DNA of 14,814 bases, from the NCBI GenBank assembly GCA_029974275.1, contig JARKSN010000257.1, positions 1 through 14,814 on the forward strand. Direction: 5' to 3'. Origin of the DNA: Candidatus Hydrogenedentota bacterium. Its GTDB lineage: Bacteria > Hydrogenedentota > Hydrogenedentia > Hydrogenedentales > SLHB01. Under the pieces are notes generated by a model. That model did no database searches. It was not told the DNA's origin and worked only from the letters and a program-made list of their open reading frames with translations. This document shows positions 7,561-14,814 of this stretch, in pieces. Each line of letters begins with the position of its first letter. Positions within the stretch are counted from its first letter, which is position 1. The translations under genes were made by a program, and so were the position numbers.

Positions 7561-8997
7561 TTAGTGCTCGTGCCCTTCCTCGTGCATTTCCTCGTGCGAC
7601 ACTTCCTTGTCCACGATTTTGGCGTTATCGACGATCACGGCCAGCGCCTTGCGACGAACGATACGCCCCATATAGCTGGATCGCCGGTCTTCCTGGGCGA
7701 TGTAGTTGGTCACCGCGTCTATTTCAATGCCCGTGCTCTGGGAAATGGTTTCCGCTTCCTGCTCGAAGTCTATGTCCTCGGCCTCGATGCCTTCGGCCTC
7801 CGCGATCTCGTTCAGACAGACCGTCCGCTTAATGCTGGCAAGAGCATCTTCGCGCGCCTTTGCCTGGATCGCCTCTCGCTGCGTTTCGATCTCAGCCGCC
7901 GGAACGCGCAATTCCTGAAGACGACGCACCCCCTCCTGGAAGTGGTCTTCGGTCATGTTCTCGATCAGGGACTTCGGAATTTCAAAAGAACTGGCCTCCA
8001 CCACCGTATCGAGCGCGCGAGATTCGACGATGCGCTTGCTATCCTCATCCATGTGGGATCGCAAATCCGCCGCCACCTTCTCCCGCAGATCGGCCACGCT
8101 CTCATATCCCGCCTGTTTGGCAAAGGCCTCGTCCAACGCCGGGACGTTCCGCCGCTTCACTTCCTTCACGTGAATCTTGAACTGGGCCGCCTTGCCGCGC
8201 AGATCGGGGCGCGGCGCATCATCTGGAAAGGAGACATCGCACGTTAATTCGCTGCCAGCCTTGCTTCCCGTCAAAACGGTCTCGAATTCGGGGAAAAAGC
8301 GCTTGGAACCTAAAATATACGGGTAATCGTTCGCGAGACCTCCTGCAAAGGGCTCGCCATCGATCGTGCCTTCAAAACTGATAACGACCTGATCGCCTTC
8401 CGCTGCGACGCCTCCGTCGATCGTCTCGAACACGGAATACCGGGAACGAAGCCGCTCAATCGTCTCGTCTACGTCCTTGTCCTGCACGGCATACACCGGA
8501 CGCTCGATGCTGATCCCGCGGTACGTGCCAAGCTCCACTTTCGGCATGACCTCGAACTTGAACGTCACGACGAGCGGATCGCCTTCCTTGCGCTCCTCGA
8601 GCTCTTTCAGCCCGTCGATCTCCGGCATCGCCAAGGGGTGCAAATCCTTGTCCTTGACCAACTTCTCATAGGCTGCGCTGACGAGCTTGCTGTCGACTTC
8701 GCCCTTCACCATTTTTCCAAATTTGGCCTCGATCAGCTTGCGCGGCACGCGCCCCTTACGGAACCCCGGCACCTCGGCCTCGTGTGACAGCTCGGTGAAA
8801 ATCTCCTCCGCCTGCTTTTGCGTGTTGCACGCGGGAATGGACGCTTTCACCTCGTAGGCGCAGTCAGGCTTCTCTTCGATGTCGAACGACGGGGCTTCGA
8901 CGAACTCAAACGGCTTCTCCTCGCCCTCGGCGATTTCCGGAGCGGACGCAGCGACATCGTCCTCGGTTACGGCGTTCTTGGTGTCTTCGTCAGCCAT
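7561..8997 (-). CDS. tig: Trigger factor
   Basis: Ribosome-binding signature [13 protein letters not shown] domain ([20 protein letters not shown]...[11 protein letters not shown]) and helical C-domain, in tig-clpP-clpX order. Start set at ATG 8997 because the longer ORF runs through tRNA-Leu. Confidence 0.96.
   Translation of the reverse strand: MADEDTKNAVTEDDVAASAPEIAEGEEKPFEFVEAPSFDIEEKPDCAYEVKASIPACNTQKQAEEIFTELSHEAEVPGFRKGRVPRKLIEAKFGKMVKGEVDSKLVSAAYEKLVKDKDLHPLAMPEIDGLKELEERKEGDPLVVTFKFEVMPKVELGTYRGISIERPVYAVQDKDVDETIERLRSRYSVFETIDGGVAAEGDQVVISFEGTIDGEPFAGGLANDYPYILGSKRFFPEFETVLTGSKAGSELTCDVSFPDDAPRPDLRGKAAQFKIHVKEVKRRNVPALDEAFAKQAGYESVADLREKVAADLRSHMDEDSKRIVESRALDTVVEASSFEIPKSLIENMTEDHFQEGVRRLQELRVPAAEIETQREAIQAKAREDALASIKRTVCLNEIAEAEGIEAEDIDFEQEAETISQSTGIEIDAVTNYIAQEDRRSSYMGRIVRRKALAVIVDNAKIVDKEVSHEEMHEEGHEH
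7564..7596 (-). repeat. 12-nt tandem repeat (CACGAGGAAnnG) encoding the His/Glu tail [11 protein letters not shown] of trigger factor
   Basis: CAC GAG GAA ATG CAC GAG GAA GGG CAC GAG CAC immediately before TAA. Confidence 0.7.
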
Positions 8998-9016
8998 GGC
9001 GCGTATCACTTTCTTC

Positions 9017-9101
9017 TGGTGGGCGAGGCGGGACTTGAACCCGCACATCTTGCGATACTGGATCCTAAGTCCAGCGCGTCTGCCAATTCCGCCACTCGCC
9101 C
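9017..9101 (-). tRNA. tRNA-Leu (anticodon TAG)
   Basis: GGGCGAG acceptor stem, TGGCGGAATTGGCAGACGC D arm, CTGGA-CT-TAG-GA-TCCAG anticodon arm, long variable arm, GGTTCAAGTCC, encoded CCA; 85 nt. Confidence 0.97.
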
Positions 9102-9191
9102 ACGGGTTATGTTGAGCGGCTGGCCACGCAAAAACGCGACCGAAGCACTGGGCCCCTGCCCGATGCCCCGGCCACACTACGGGCGCTTAAG

Positions 9192-9267
9192 TGGTGGGCC
9201 GCGAGGGAGTCGAACCCACGACCTTGTGATTAAGAGTCACCTGCTCTACCAACTGAGCTAGCGGCCC
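9192..9267 (-). tRNA. tRNA-Lys (anticodon CTT)
   Basis: GGGCCGCTAGCTCAGTTGGTAGAGCAGGTGA-CT-CTT-AA-TCACAAGGTCGTGGGTTCGACTCCCTCGCGGCCCACCA; 76 nt with CCA. Confidence 0.96.
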
Positions 9268-9314
9268 ACTTCCGAAACCCGGCCCCATGCCCGGGCTCTG
9301 CCCAAAAACGAAAA

Positions 9315-9389
<75 letters not shown>

Positions 9390-9401
9390 TCAGCGGCGCA
9401 A

Positions 9402-9431
9402 ATAGTACCATACGGAAAAACGGCATGTCAA
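9402..9431 (-). promoter_or_regulatory. sigma70-type promoter of the tRNA cluster with GC-rich discriminator
   Basis: TTGACA (9431-9426), 18-nt spacer ending TGG (extended -10), TACTAT (9407-9402), then TTGCGCCGCTGA and the 5' end of tRNA-Gly 12 nt downstream. Confidence 0.85.
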
Positions 9432-9704
9432 GGCGATCGCCGCGCAACGACATCCCGCTCCCCGTGACCGCAAACCGGCATCCGAACCGCCCTGTATCGC
9501 CGAAAAAGATGGCGAAAAACTCCGCAATCCTCGCGGAACGAACGCGCACCCATCCTTCTCTACATCACGGATAACAAAACAAATACATAGTTATATATAA
9601 TTCTAAACAAATGAGCATTCGCACCATTGCGCGCGTCGGCGAGGAAGGATCGCAGCGCGCCGCCCCTTCCGGCAAGCAAGGTGAATTGCGCGGGCGCCGC
9701 GCGA

Positions 9705-9725
9705 TATACTCGGGTCTTTCGGAGA
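9705..9725 (+). promoter_or_regulatory. possible -10 box and Shine-Dalgarno of pdxA
   Basis: TATACT at 9705-9710 and GGAGA at 9721-9725, 7 nt before ATG 9733. No convincing -35 box. Confidence 0.45.
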
Positions 9726-9732
9726 TTCGCAA

Positions 9733-10752
9733 ATGACAATAAAACCCGCCTTGGCCATCACCATGGGCGACGTGAACGGCGTCGGACCGGAAATCCTCGC
9801 CAAAGCCCTGCAACGCCGGGACGTGTGGGACGTGTGCCGCCCGGTGATCTTCGGCGGCGTCGACGCATACGCCGATGCACGACGCTGGGCCCCGGACGCC
9901 CCATCGCCCGTGCTGGTGAAAGACGTTCGCTCGGCCCCATATTCGCCACACACGATCGGGATCATCGAGGCGGATTGCCCCGCTCCCCCCTTGCGCATCG
10001 GTCACGTCGAGGGCGATGCCGGGGCATGCGCGGTCACATGGCTCAAATCGGCCGTATCGTTGGCATTGCTCGGGGATGTCGACGCAATTGTGACGTGTCC
10101 CATCAGCAAGGAAGGCATACGCCTTGGAGGCTGTCCCTACAACGGGCACACCGACCTCATCGCCGATATGACCCACAGCCCCGATTATCGCATGTGCCTT
10201 TTCACCGACTCGATGCGGATTGTCCACATCTCTTCCCATTTCAGCCTCCGCGACGCCCTCGCCTTGGTCAAGCAAGACCGCATCGCACGAACCATCCGCA
10301 TCGGCCACGACGCCTTGGTTCGCCTTGGGCTGCCGCGCCGGCGCATCGCCGTGGCGGGTCTCAACCCCCATGCAGGCGAGGCCGGCATCCTTGGCCGCGA
10401 AGAGATAGAGGAAATTCGGCCGGCGATCGAGGCATGCGCCGCGCAGGACATAAACTGCGACGGCCCCTACCCCCCCGACACGGTTTTTCGTCGCATGCAC
10501 GAAGGCGAGTTCGACATGGTCATCGGCATGTATCACGACCAAGGGCACATTCCATTGAAACTGATCGCCATGGACGAAGGCGTCAACGTGACCCTCGGCA
10601 TCCCCATCGTGCGCACCTCCGTCGACCACGGAACCGCCTACGACATCGCCGGAACAGGGCGCGCGCGCGAGGCAAGTCTCCTCGCGGCGATTCGCCTCGC
10701 GGCTCAGTTCACGGCCTGCCGCCCGGCACAGGACGGACGGAATACGGCATGA
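9733..10752 (+). CDS. pdxA: 4-hydroxythreonine-4-phosphate dehydrogenase (PdxA family)
   Basis: AITMGDVNGVGPEI, GHTD, GLNPHAGE, GPYPPDTVF, MYHDQGHIPLK and VNVTLGIPIVRTSVDHGTAYDIAG. PdxA versus PdxA2 cannot be resolved by eye. Confidence 0.95.
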   Translation: MTIKPALAITMGDVNGVGPEILAKALQRRDVWDVCRPVIFGGVDAYADARRWAPDAPSPVLVKDVRSAPYSPHTIGIIEADCPAPPLRIGHVEGDAGACAVTWLKSAVSLALLGDVDAIVTCPISKEGIRLGGCPYNGHTDLIADMTHSPDYRMCLFTDSMRIVHISSHFSLRDALALVKQDRIARTIRIGHDALVRLGLPRRRIAVAGLNPHAGEAGILGREEIEEIRPAIEACAAQDINCDGPYPPDTVFRRMHEGEFDMVIGMYHDQGHIPLKLIAMDEGVNVTLGIPIVRTSVDHGTAYDIAGTGRAREASLLAAIRLAAQFTACRPAQDGRNTA

Positions 10753-12062
10753 AATGGAAACGCGCCCTATACGCCATGGTCGCCTGGACAGGCGGCATCT
10801 GTCTGCTTTCTACGGCAAACGCGGACATCTTCACGAAACATGGAAGGCGGGTATCCGTCGGCCCCAATCCCTCGGCGGTCGTCGCCGAAGACATGAACGA
10901 TGACGGACTGCCTGAAATTTTTACGGCGGATACAGGCAGACTGGGCAGTCCGGACGAAGAACGGCCCGCAAACGACGAAGTGTCCTTTTTGCTCGCATGC
11001 GGAAAGCTCGACTACGCGACCCAACCCCCGCTACGGGTGGGATTTGCCCCCATGGCCCTTCTCGTAACCAACCTTGACGGCCTCAAAGCCCCCGATCTCC
11101 TGGTCGCGAGTTTTCATACGCAGGCGGACCGTCCCATCACGCTCTTTCGCAATCTGGGCGAGAACCGATTTGAAACCGCAGGACCCTTTTCCGTTCCCGC
11201 ACAACTCTTGACCTACCACCGAATGCTCGACGGCGACAACAAGCCCGTGTATACCTCGCCCGGCGTCACGTCCCTCGCCGCATTCTTCGCCAATCGCGAC
11301 GAATGCCGCGACGTCATCGCGACGGCATGGGCCAGCGACGCCTTGCTCTATTTCCCGGGAGACCGCAACGCCTATCTGGGCGAACCGCAGGTCATTCCCG
11401 CATCGGGCGGGCCGCGCGACGTGCGCGCCGTCGATCTCGACGGCGACGCCCTAGTGGATCTTGCCGTCACGATGTACGTCAGCGGCGAAATTGGCCTGTG
11501 GCGGGGCGATGGGACGGGAAACTTCACCCCCGCAACGCGCCTCGCAACGCGCGGGCCGTTTCCCCACAAAATACGCGTCGCCGATATGAATGGCGACGGC
11601 AAGCCCGATCTGATCGTTTCCCATTGTTTCTCGTCGGATTCAATTGAAATATTCTATGGGAACGGGGGATTTCAATTCCCCGTCTCGCAGGAAATCATGT
11701 TCGGCAAAAATCCCAAAATCCTCGAACACGAAATCCGCGATATCGTAGTGGATGATCTGAACGGCGACGGATCGCCCGACATTGCGGCGGCGTGCTACAC
11801 CTCGCAACAAGTATTTGTTCTATTGAACCGCCCCGGATCCGGTCCCGCCTCTCGCTCATTTGTCCAGGAATCCTATTCCTTTGTCCAAGAAGGAAGACCC
11901 CGCGCCTTGCACGTTGCCGACCTGAACCAGGATGGGGCCCGAGACCTCCTCGTTGCGCTATGGGGCAGCAGCGAAATCGCCTTCCTGCTTGGCACGCCTC
12001 CTTCAGCGCCCCAGAAACAACCGCCTGCCCCAAAACCCGCAACCGCAAAGACAAAAAAATAG
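10749..12062 (+). CDS. Secreted FG-GAP/VCBS-repeat (Ca-binding beta-propeller) protein
   Basis: ATG 10749 overlaps the pdxA stop (ATGA). Signal peptide MKWKRALYAMVAWTGGICLLSTANA|D. Repeats DMNDDGLPEI, DLDGDALVDL, DMNGDGKPDL, DLNGDGSPDI and DLNQDGARDL, plus two degenerate ones (NLDGLKAPDL, FANRDECRDV). Pro/Lys-rich tail. Confidence 0.88.
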   Translation: MKWKRALYAMVAWTGGICLLSTANADIFTKHGRRVSVGPNPSAVVAEDMNDDGLPEIFTADTGRLGSPDEERPANDEVSFLLACGKLDYATQPPLRVGFAPMALLVTNLDGLKAPDLLVASFHTQADRPITLFRNLGENRFETAGPFSVPAQLLTYHRMLDGDNKPVYTSPGVTSLAAFFANRDECRDVIATAWASDALLYFPGDRNAYLGEPQVIPASGGPRDVRAVDLDGDALVDLAVTMYVSGEIGLWRGDGTGNFTPATRLATRGPFPHKIRVADMNGDGKPDLIVSHCFSSDSIEIFYGNGGFQFPVSQEIMFGKNPKILEHEIRDIVVDDLNGDGSPDIAAACYTSQQVFVLLNRPGSGPASRSFVQESYSFVQEGRPRALHVADLNQDGARDLLVALWGSSEIAFLLGTPPSAPQKQPPAPKPATAKTKK

Positions 12063-12116
12063 CCGCTCCCAGAACGGTTTGCCATGCACAGCGCCGTTCC
12101 ATTGTCCCCGTGAATG

Positions 12117-14345
12117 TCAACGCCGCCTTTCCGACAACGCACGCACAACACCTCGAAGCTCACGAAACCGATCCATGGGAAGGGGACGCGTCCCGAACCG
12201 TGCCCGATTGTATTCCCCAACAATGCGATGGACCGCATCCGCATCGTCCCAGCCGCACATGCCGACAGCCGTCAATACTTCGCCTGCGCTCTTGCCCCCG
12301 CACGCAATCCCTCGGCCCTGCAACGCCCGCGTCAACTCTCGGTACAAACGCACCGCCCGGATTTGGTCGACCGTGCCCCGCCCCTTCCCAGACGACCGGG
12401 CGCGCCGAAACCCCCACCAGAAAACCAACGCCCCCCCTGCTCCGATCAACGCCAGCCAACCCTTCCCCAGAGAACGTCCCGTCTGTGCGGGCACGGGCAG
12501 GGATTCCGTCACTGTTCCGTGTTCCACGTTTCGAACGCGGGGTTCGCGGTTCCAAAACGGAATCCCGCGCATCAGCCCTCCCACCGTGATCTGTCCCCGG
12601 TAACCAATCACATTGCGATACCACAATAATTTCGCCTGAGCCACGTAACGAAAGAAGCTTCTGGAAATCGTGTTCGAAACGACCGTGGAGTAGGCCGTGC
12701 CCGGCGAAGGATCAAAGGCCACCCAGCCGTGCCAGGGGAAAAATATCTCCACCCAAAGATGGGCCATGCTTTGACGCACCCAATAGGCTTGGTCCGTCTC
12801 GTTCCACTCGCCCCCCCGGTACCCCTGAGCGACCCGCGCCGGGATGCCGACGCTCCGCGCCATCATCGCCATGGCGCTCGCGAACAACTCGCAATGACCG
12901 GTCCGCACATCGTGGATAAACGAATCCAGGGGCGATCGCGCATCCAAAGGCGGAATGCTCAGGGAATAGGAAAATTCGCTCCCCTCAAGATAACGCTGGA
13001 TCGCCATGACCTTGTCATAAACGCTGTCCTGATCCTGAGTCAGCTGCTGCGCAAGCGCCTTGGTGCGTTCCTGGACAGGCGCATGCGTTAGTATGAAATA
13101 GTCACGCCGGCTGAATACCTTGCGGTAATCGACCCGGATCGCGCGCAGCTGTTCGGCGGAGGGATTTTCCACCGAGGACCAAACCTGATACTGCAAACCG
13201 GTCGCATTGCGGCGGCCTACGCGAATCACCGTGAAATTGCGCGCCGCGTTCCACGCCAAAGCGCCCTCGCTCGCTTCGATCTGAAAAGGACGATAGAGCA
13301 GCGGAACCTTATCCGTCGCTGCGTCCTCAAGGAAAATGTCTTGAACTACCGGGTGCGAATCGCGCTTCATGCCCACGACCGTCAACCGCCCTTGAAAGGC
13401 TCGAAACGAAAGGTCCCACGCATCATCCCGGATTTTGTCGGTGCCCTCCATATCAATCCATGTGTTCTTATCGTAATAATTCAAGACGTTCACTCGCCAA
13501 AACATCGGGGCCTCGTACCTTTTCCCGGGCTCCTCGGGAAACTCCACGCGAAACGCCAAGCCCGCGTCTTCCGTGATTTGCTGCCCGCCGCTCAACGGCA
13601 CCGCCGCACTCAACCCCGTCACCGCCGCCGGAACATCCGCGCGTCCCAACACGCCCGCCTCAAGACGCGGCATCGTCCCAAAAAAAACGACCGTCAACGC
13701 GCCACAGACAACCGCCATGCCAATGACCGTCCGAAACAACACGCCCGGCATGCGCCCCCAAGGATGAAAAAACCGATCGGAAATCTCTCCCCGATACGCG
13801 GCATCCGCATCCACCACCGGAGCGGCCCCGAGGCGTTCCAATTCGCGGTACAGCTGAAGCGACAAAAAACACCACACGCTCGCGACCAGAAAAAGAGCCA
13901 TCGCCAACGCAACCGTGGCGTCGGGCGAACCGCTCACCGCTATCAGCAACAGGAAGAACGCCATGAGATACGCCACGGCATAATCCGAAACGCGCATGCG
14001 GTGCAACAACGTATAACACTGAACATACGCCACAACCGTCGCGACGGTATCCAACAAGCCCAACTCCGCGTACAAAAAAGGAAGAGAAACGATGAATAGC
14101 CCCGTAAGAAAAGTCCGGACGACGCGATACGGCTTCCAGGAACGTTCGGCTCTCCGGCAAATAGGGGTCAGGAGCACTACGGCCAAGGGCGGCAACAATG
14201 CCGCGGGACCATAGGACGGATCGGAGACAAGCGCCAGGTAACCCGACAACACGAGCGCGGCCGTGCCCCACCGGAGTCCGGCGCGCACGTAACGAGGCAT
14301 CCGATCCCAAGACGCGGATACGGCTTCCGCTGCTGGCTCAGGCAT
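12117..14345 (-). CDS. TgpA-like membrane transglutaminase-domain protein (DUF3488 TM region + transglutaminase + DUF4129-like C-terminus)
   Basis: Multiple N-terminal hydrophobic helices, YWR-like FWRVNVLNYYD, catalytic triad in GHCELFASAM / AHLWVE / FDPSP, GIPARVAQGY, and a late TM helix followed by YNRARFG. Start overlaps the DUF58 stop (ATGCCTGA). Confidence 0.92.
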   Translation of the reverse strand: MPEPAAEAVSASWDRMPRYVRAGLRWGTAALVLSGYLALVSDPSYGPAALLPPLAVVLLTPICRRAERSWKPYRVVRTFLTGLFIVSLPFLYAELGLLDTVATVVAYVQCYTLLHRMRVSDYAVAYLMAFFLLLIAVSGSPDATVALAMALFLVASVWCFLSLQLYRELERLGAAPVVDADAAYRGEISDRFFHPWGRMPGVLFRTVIGMAVVCGALTVVFFGTMPRLEAGVLGRADVPAAVTGLSAAVPLSGGQQITEDAGLAFRVEFPEEPGKRYEAPMFWRVNVLNYYDKNTWIDMEGTDKIRDDAWDLSFRAFQGRLTVVGMKRDSHPVVQDIFLEDAATDKVPLLYRPFQIEASEGALAWNAARNFTVIRVGRRNATGLQYQVWSSVENPSAEQLRAIRVDYRKVFSRRDYFILTHAPVQERTKALAQQLTQDQDSVYDKVMAIQRYLEGSEFSYSLSIPPLDARSPLDSFIHDVRTGHCELFASAMAMMARSVGIPARVAQGYRGGEWNETDQAYWVRQSMAHLWVEIFFPWHGWVAFDPSPGTAYSTVVSNTISRSFFRYVAQAKLLWYRNVIGYRGQITVGGLMRGIPFWNREPRVRNVEHGTVTESLPVPAQTGRSLGKGWLALIGAGGALVFWWGFRRARSSGKGRGTVDQIRAVRLYRELTRALQGRGIACGGKSAGEVLTAVGMCGWDDADAVHRIVGEYNRARFGTRPLPMDRFRELRGVVRALSERRR

Positions 14346-14814
14346 GAACCACCTCCCGCGGATCGAGCACCCGAAGATCGCCCCGCCCGGCGCGCATTCC
14401 CCACGACGCGGGATCGGGGGAAATACACACCATTGACCTTCCCGCCAATTCCATGGCCCCGGAATACGCCAAAAACGGATCCAGGTCGCTCGCGGCGGAA
14501 GGCTGAAGCAACGCCAACAACCTCAAAACCTGAAGAACTTGCGCCTTTCCTTTGTCCTCGGGCAAAACCTTTGCGCCTGCGACCAACCCCACGGCGTACT
14601 GCCGCTGTAACAGCGTCACCGCCAACGACGCCGCCAGTTCGATGGCCTCCTCAAACCGCTCCTCGAAATCTTGAACTCCCGGACGTTGCCGCACATCCAG
14701 AACGAGCATGACCGTGCGTGTCGTCTCATGCTCCAATTCCTTGACGAGCGGCCTCCCAAAACGAGCGCTGACTCTCCATGCCACGCGCCGCAAATCATCG
14801 CCCGGAACATATTC
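14338..14814 (-). CDS. DUF58 domain protein (5'-truncated by the window)
   Basis: Frame is open to the window edge: EYVPGDDLRRVAWRVSARFGRPLVKELE...LVLD...FEEAIELAASLA, the classic DUF58 motif. It lies directly upstream of the transglutaminase. Confidence 0.9.
   Translation of the reverse strand, partial: EYVPGDDLRRVAWRVSARFGRPLVKELEHETTRTVMLVLDVRQRPGVQDFEERFEEAIELAASLAVTLLQRQYAVGLVAGAKVLPEDKGKAQVLQVLRLLALLQPSAASDLDPFLAYSGAMELAGRSMVCISPDPASWGMRAGRGDLRVLDPREVVHA

Noticed and set aside
8998..9177. 60-aa N-terminal extension of the tig ORF
   Set aside because: It runs through the tRNA-Leu gene; ATG 8997 is the plausible start.
9152..9293. Similar motifs GGCCCCTGCCCG / GGCCCCATGCCCG in the two tRNA spacers
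   Set aside because: Too short and GC-rich to distinguish from chance; not a CRISPR or REP-like array.
9580..9607. dif-like Xer site in the AT-rich patch
   Set aside because: Only superficial resemblance; no proper XerD arm (TTATGTTAAAT) at the right spacing.
9686..9704. GC dyad GCGCGG-GCG-CCGCGC just upstream of the pdxA -10 box as an operator
   Set aside because: Short all-GC palindromes are frequent at this GC content, and no regulator gene is nearby.
9627..10748. 811-aa ORF extending the FG-GAP gene upstream across pdxA (possible overlapping gene or frameshift fusion)
   Set aside because: The extension is Arg/Pro-rich shadow-frame sequence expected from high GC3. A signal peptide begins at ATG 10749, and no slippery site was identified.
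12072..12099. GAACGG...CCGTTC hairpin between the convergent FG-GAP and transglutaminase genes as a terminator
   Set aside because: Short 6-bp stem, large loop and no U-tract on either strand.
12500..12566. Perfect 10-bp inverted repeat GGGATTCCGT...ACGGAATCCC inside the transglutaminase gene
   Set aside because: About one such repeat is expected by chance in 15 kb at this spacing. There is no target-site duplication and the frame is intact.

Overview
GC-rich bacterial chromosomal window, mostly core genes, with no integrase, transposase or CRISPR array seen. From left to right: (1) the 3' part of a translationally coupled + strand glycosylation operon: GT4/SAM-methyltransferase/TPR fusion (5'-truncated), a CgeB-type glycosyltransferase with a Maf-like N-terminal domain, and a GT9 protein with a long helical C-terminal extension; (2) a convergent - strand housekeeping unit tRNA-Gly(GCC), tRNA-Lys(CTT), tRNA-Leu(TAG), tig, clpP, clpX, with clear sigma70-type promoters and a terminator; (3) divergent pdxA coupled to a secreted FG-GAP/VCBS-repeat protein; (4) a - strand DUF58 gene (truncated by the window) and a TgpA-like membrane transglutaminase. 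The best candidate for an undescribed system is the three-gene glycosylation module, which looks like a Maf-related protein (possibly flagellin) glycosylation and methylation machine. That reading is inference from motif recognition only.
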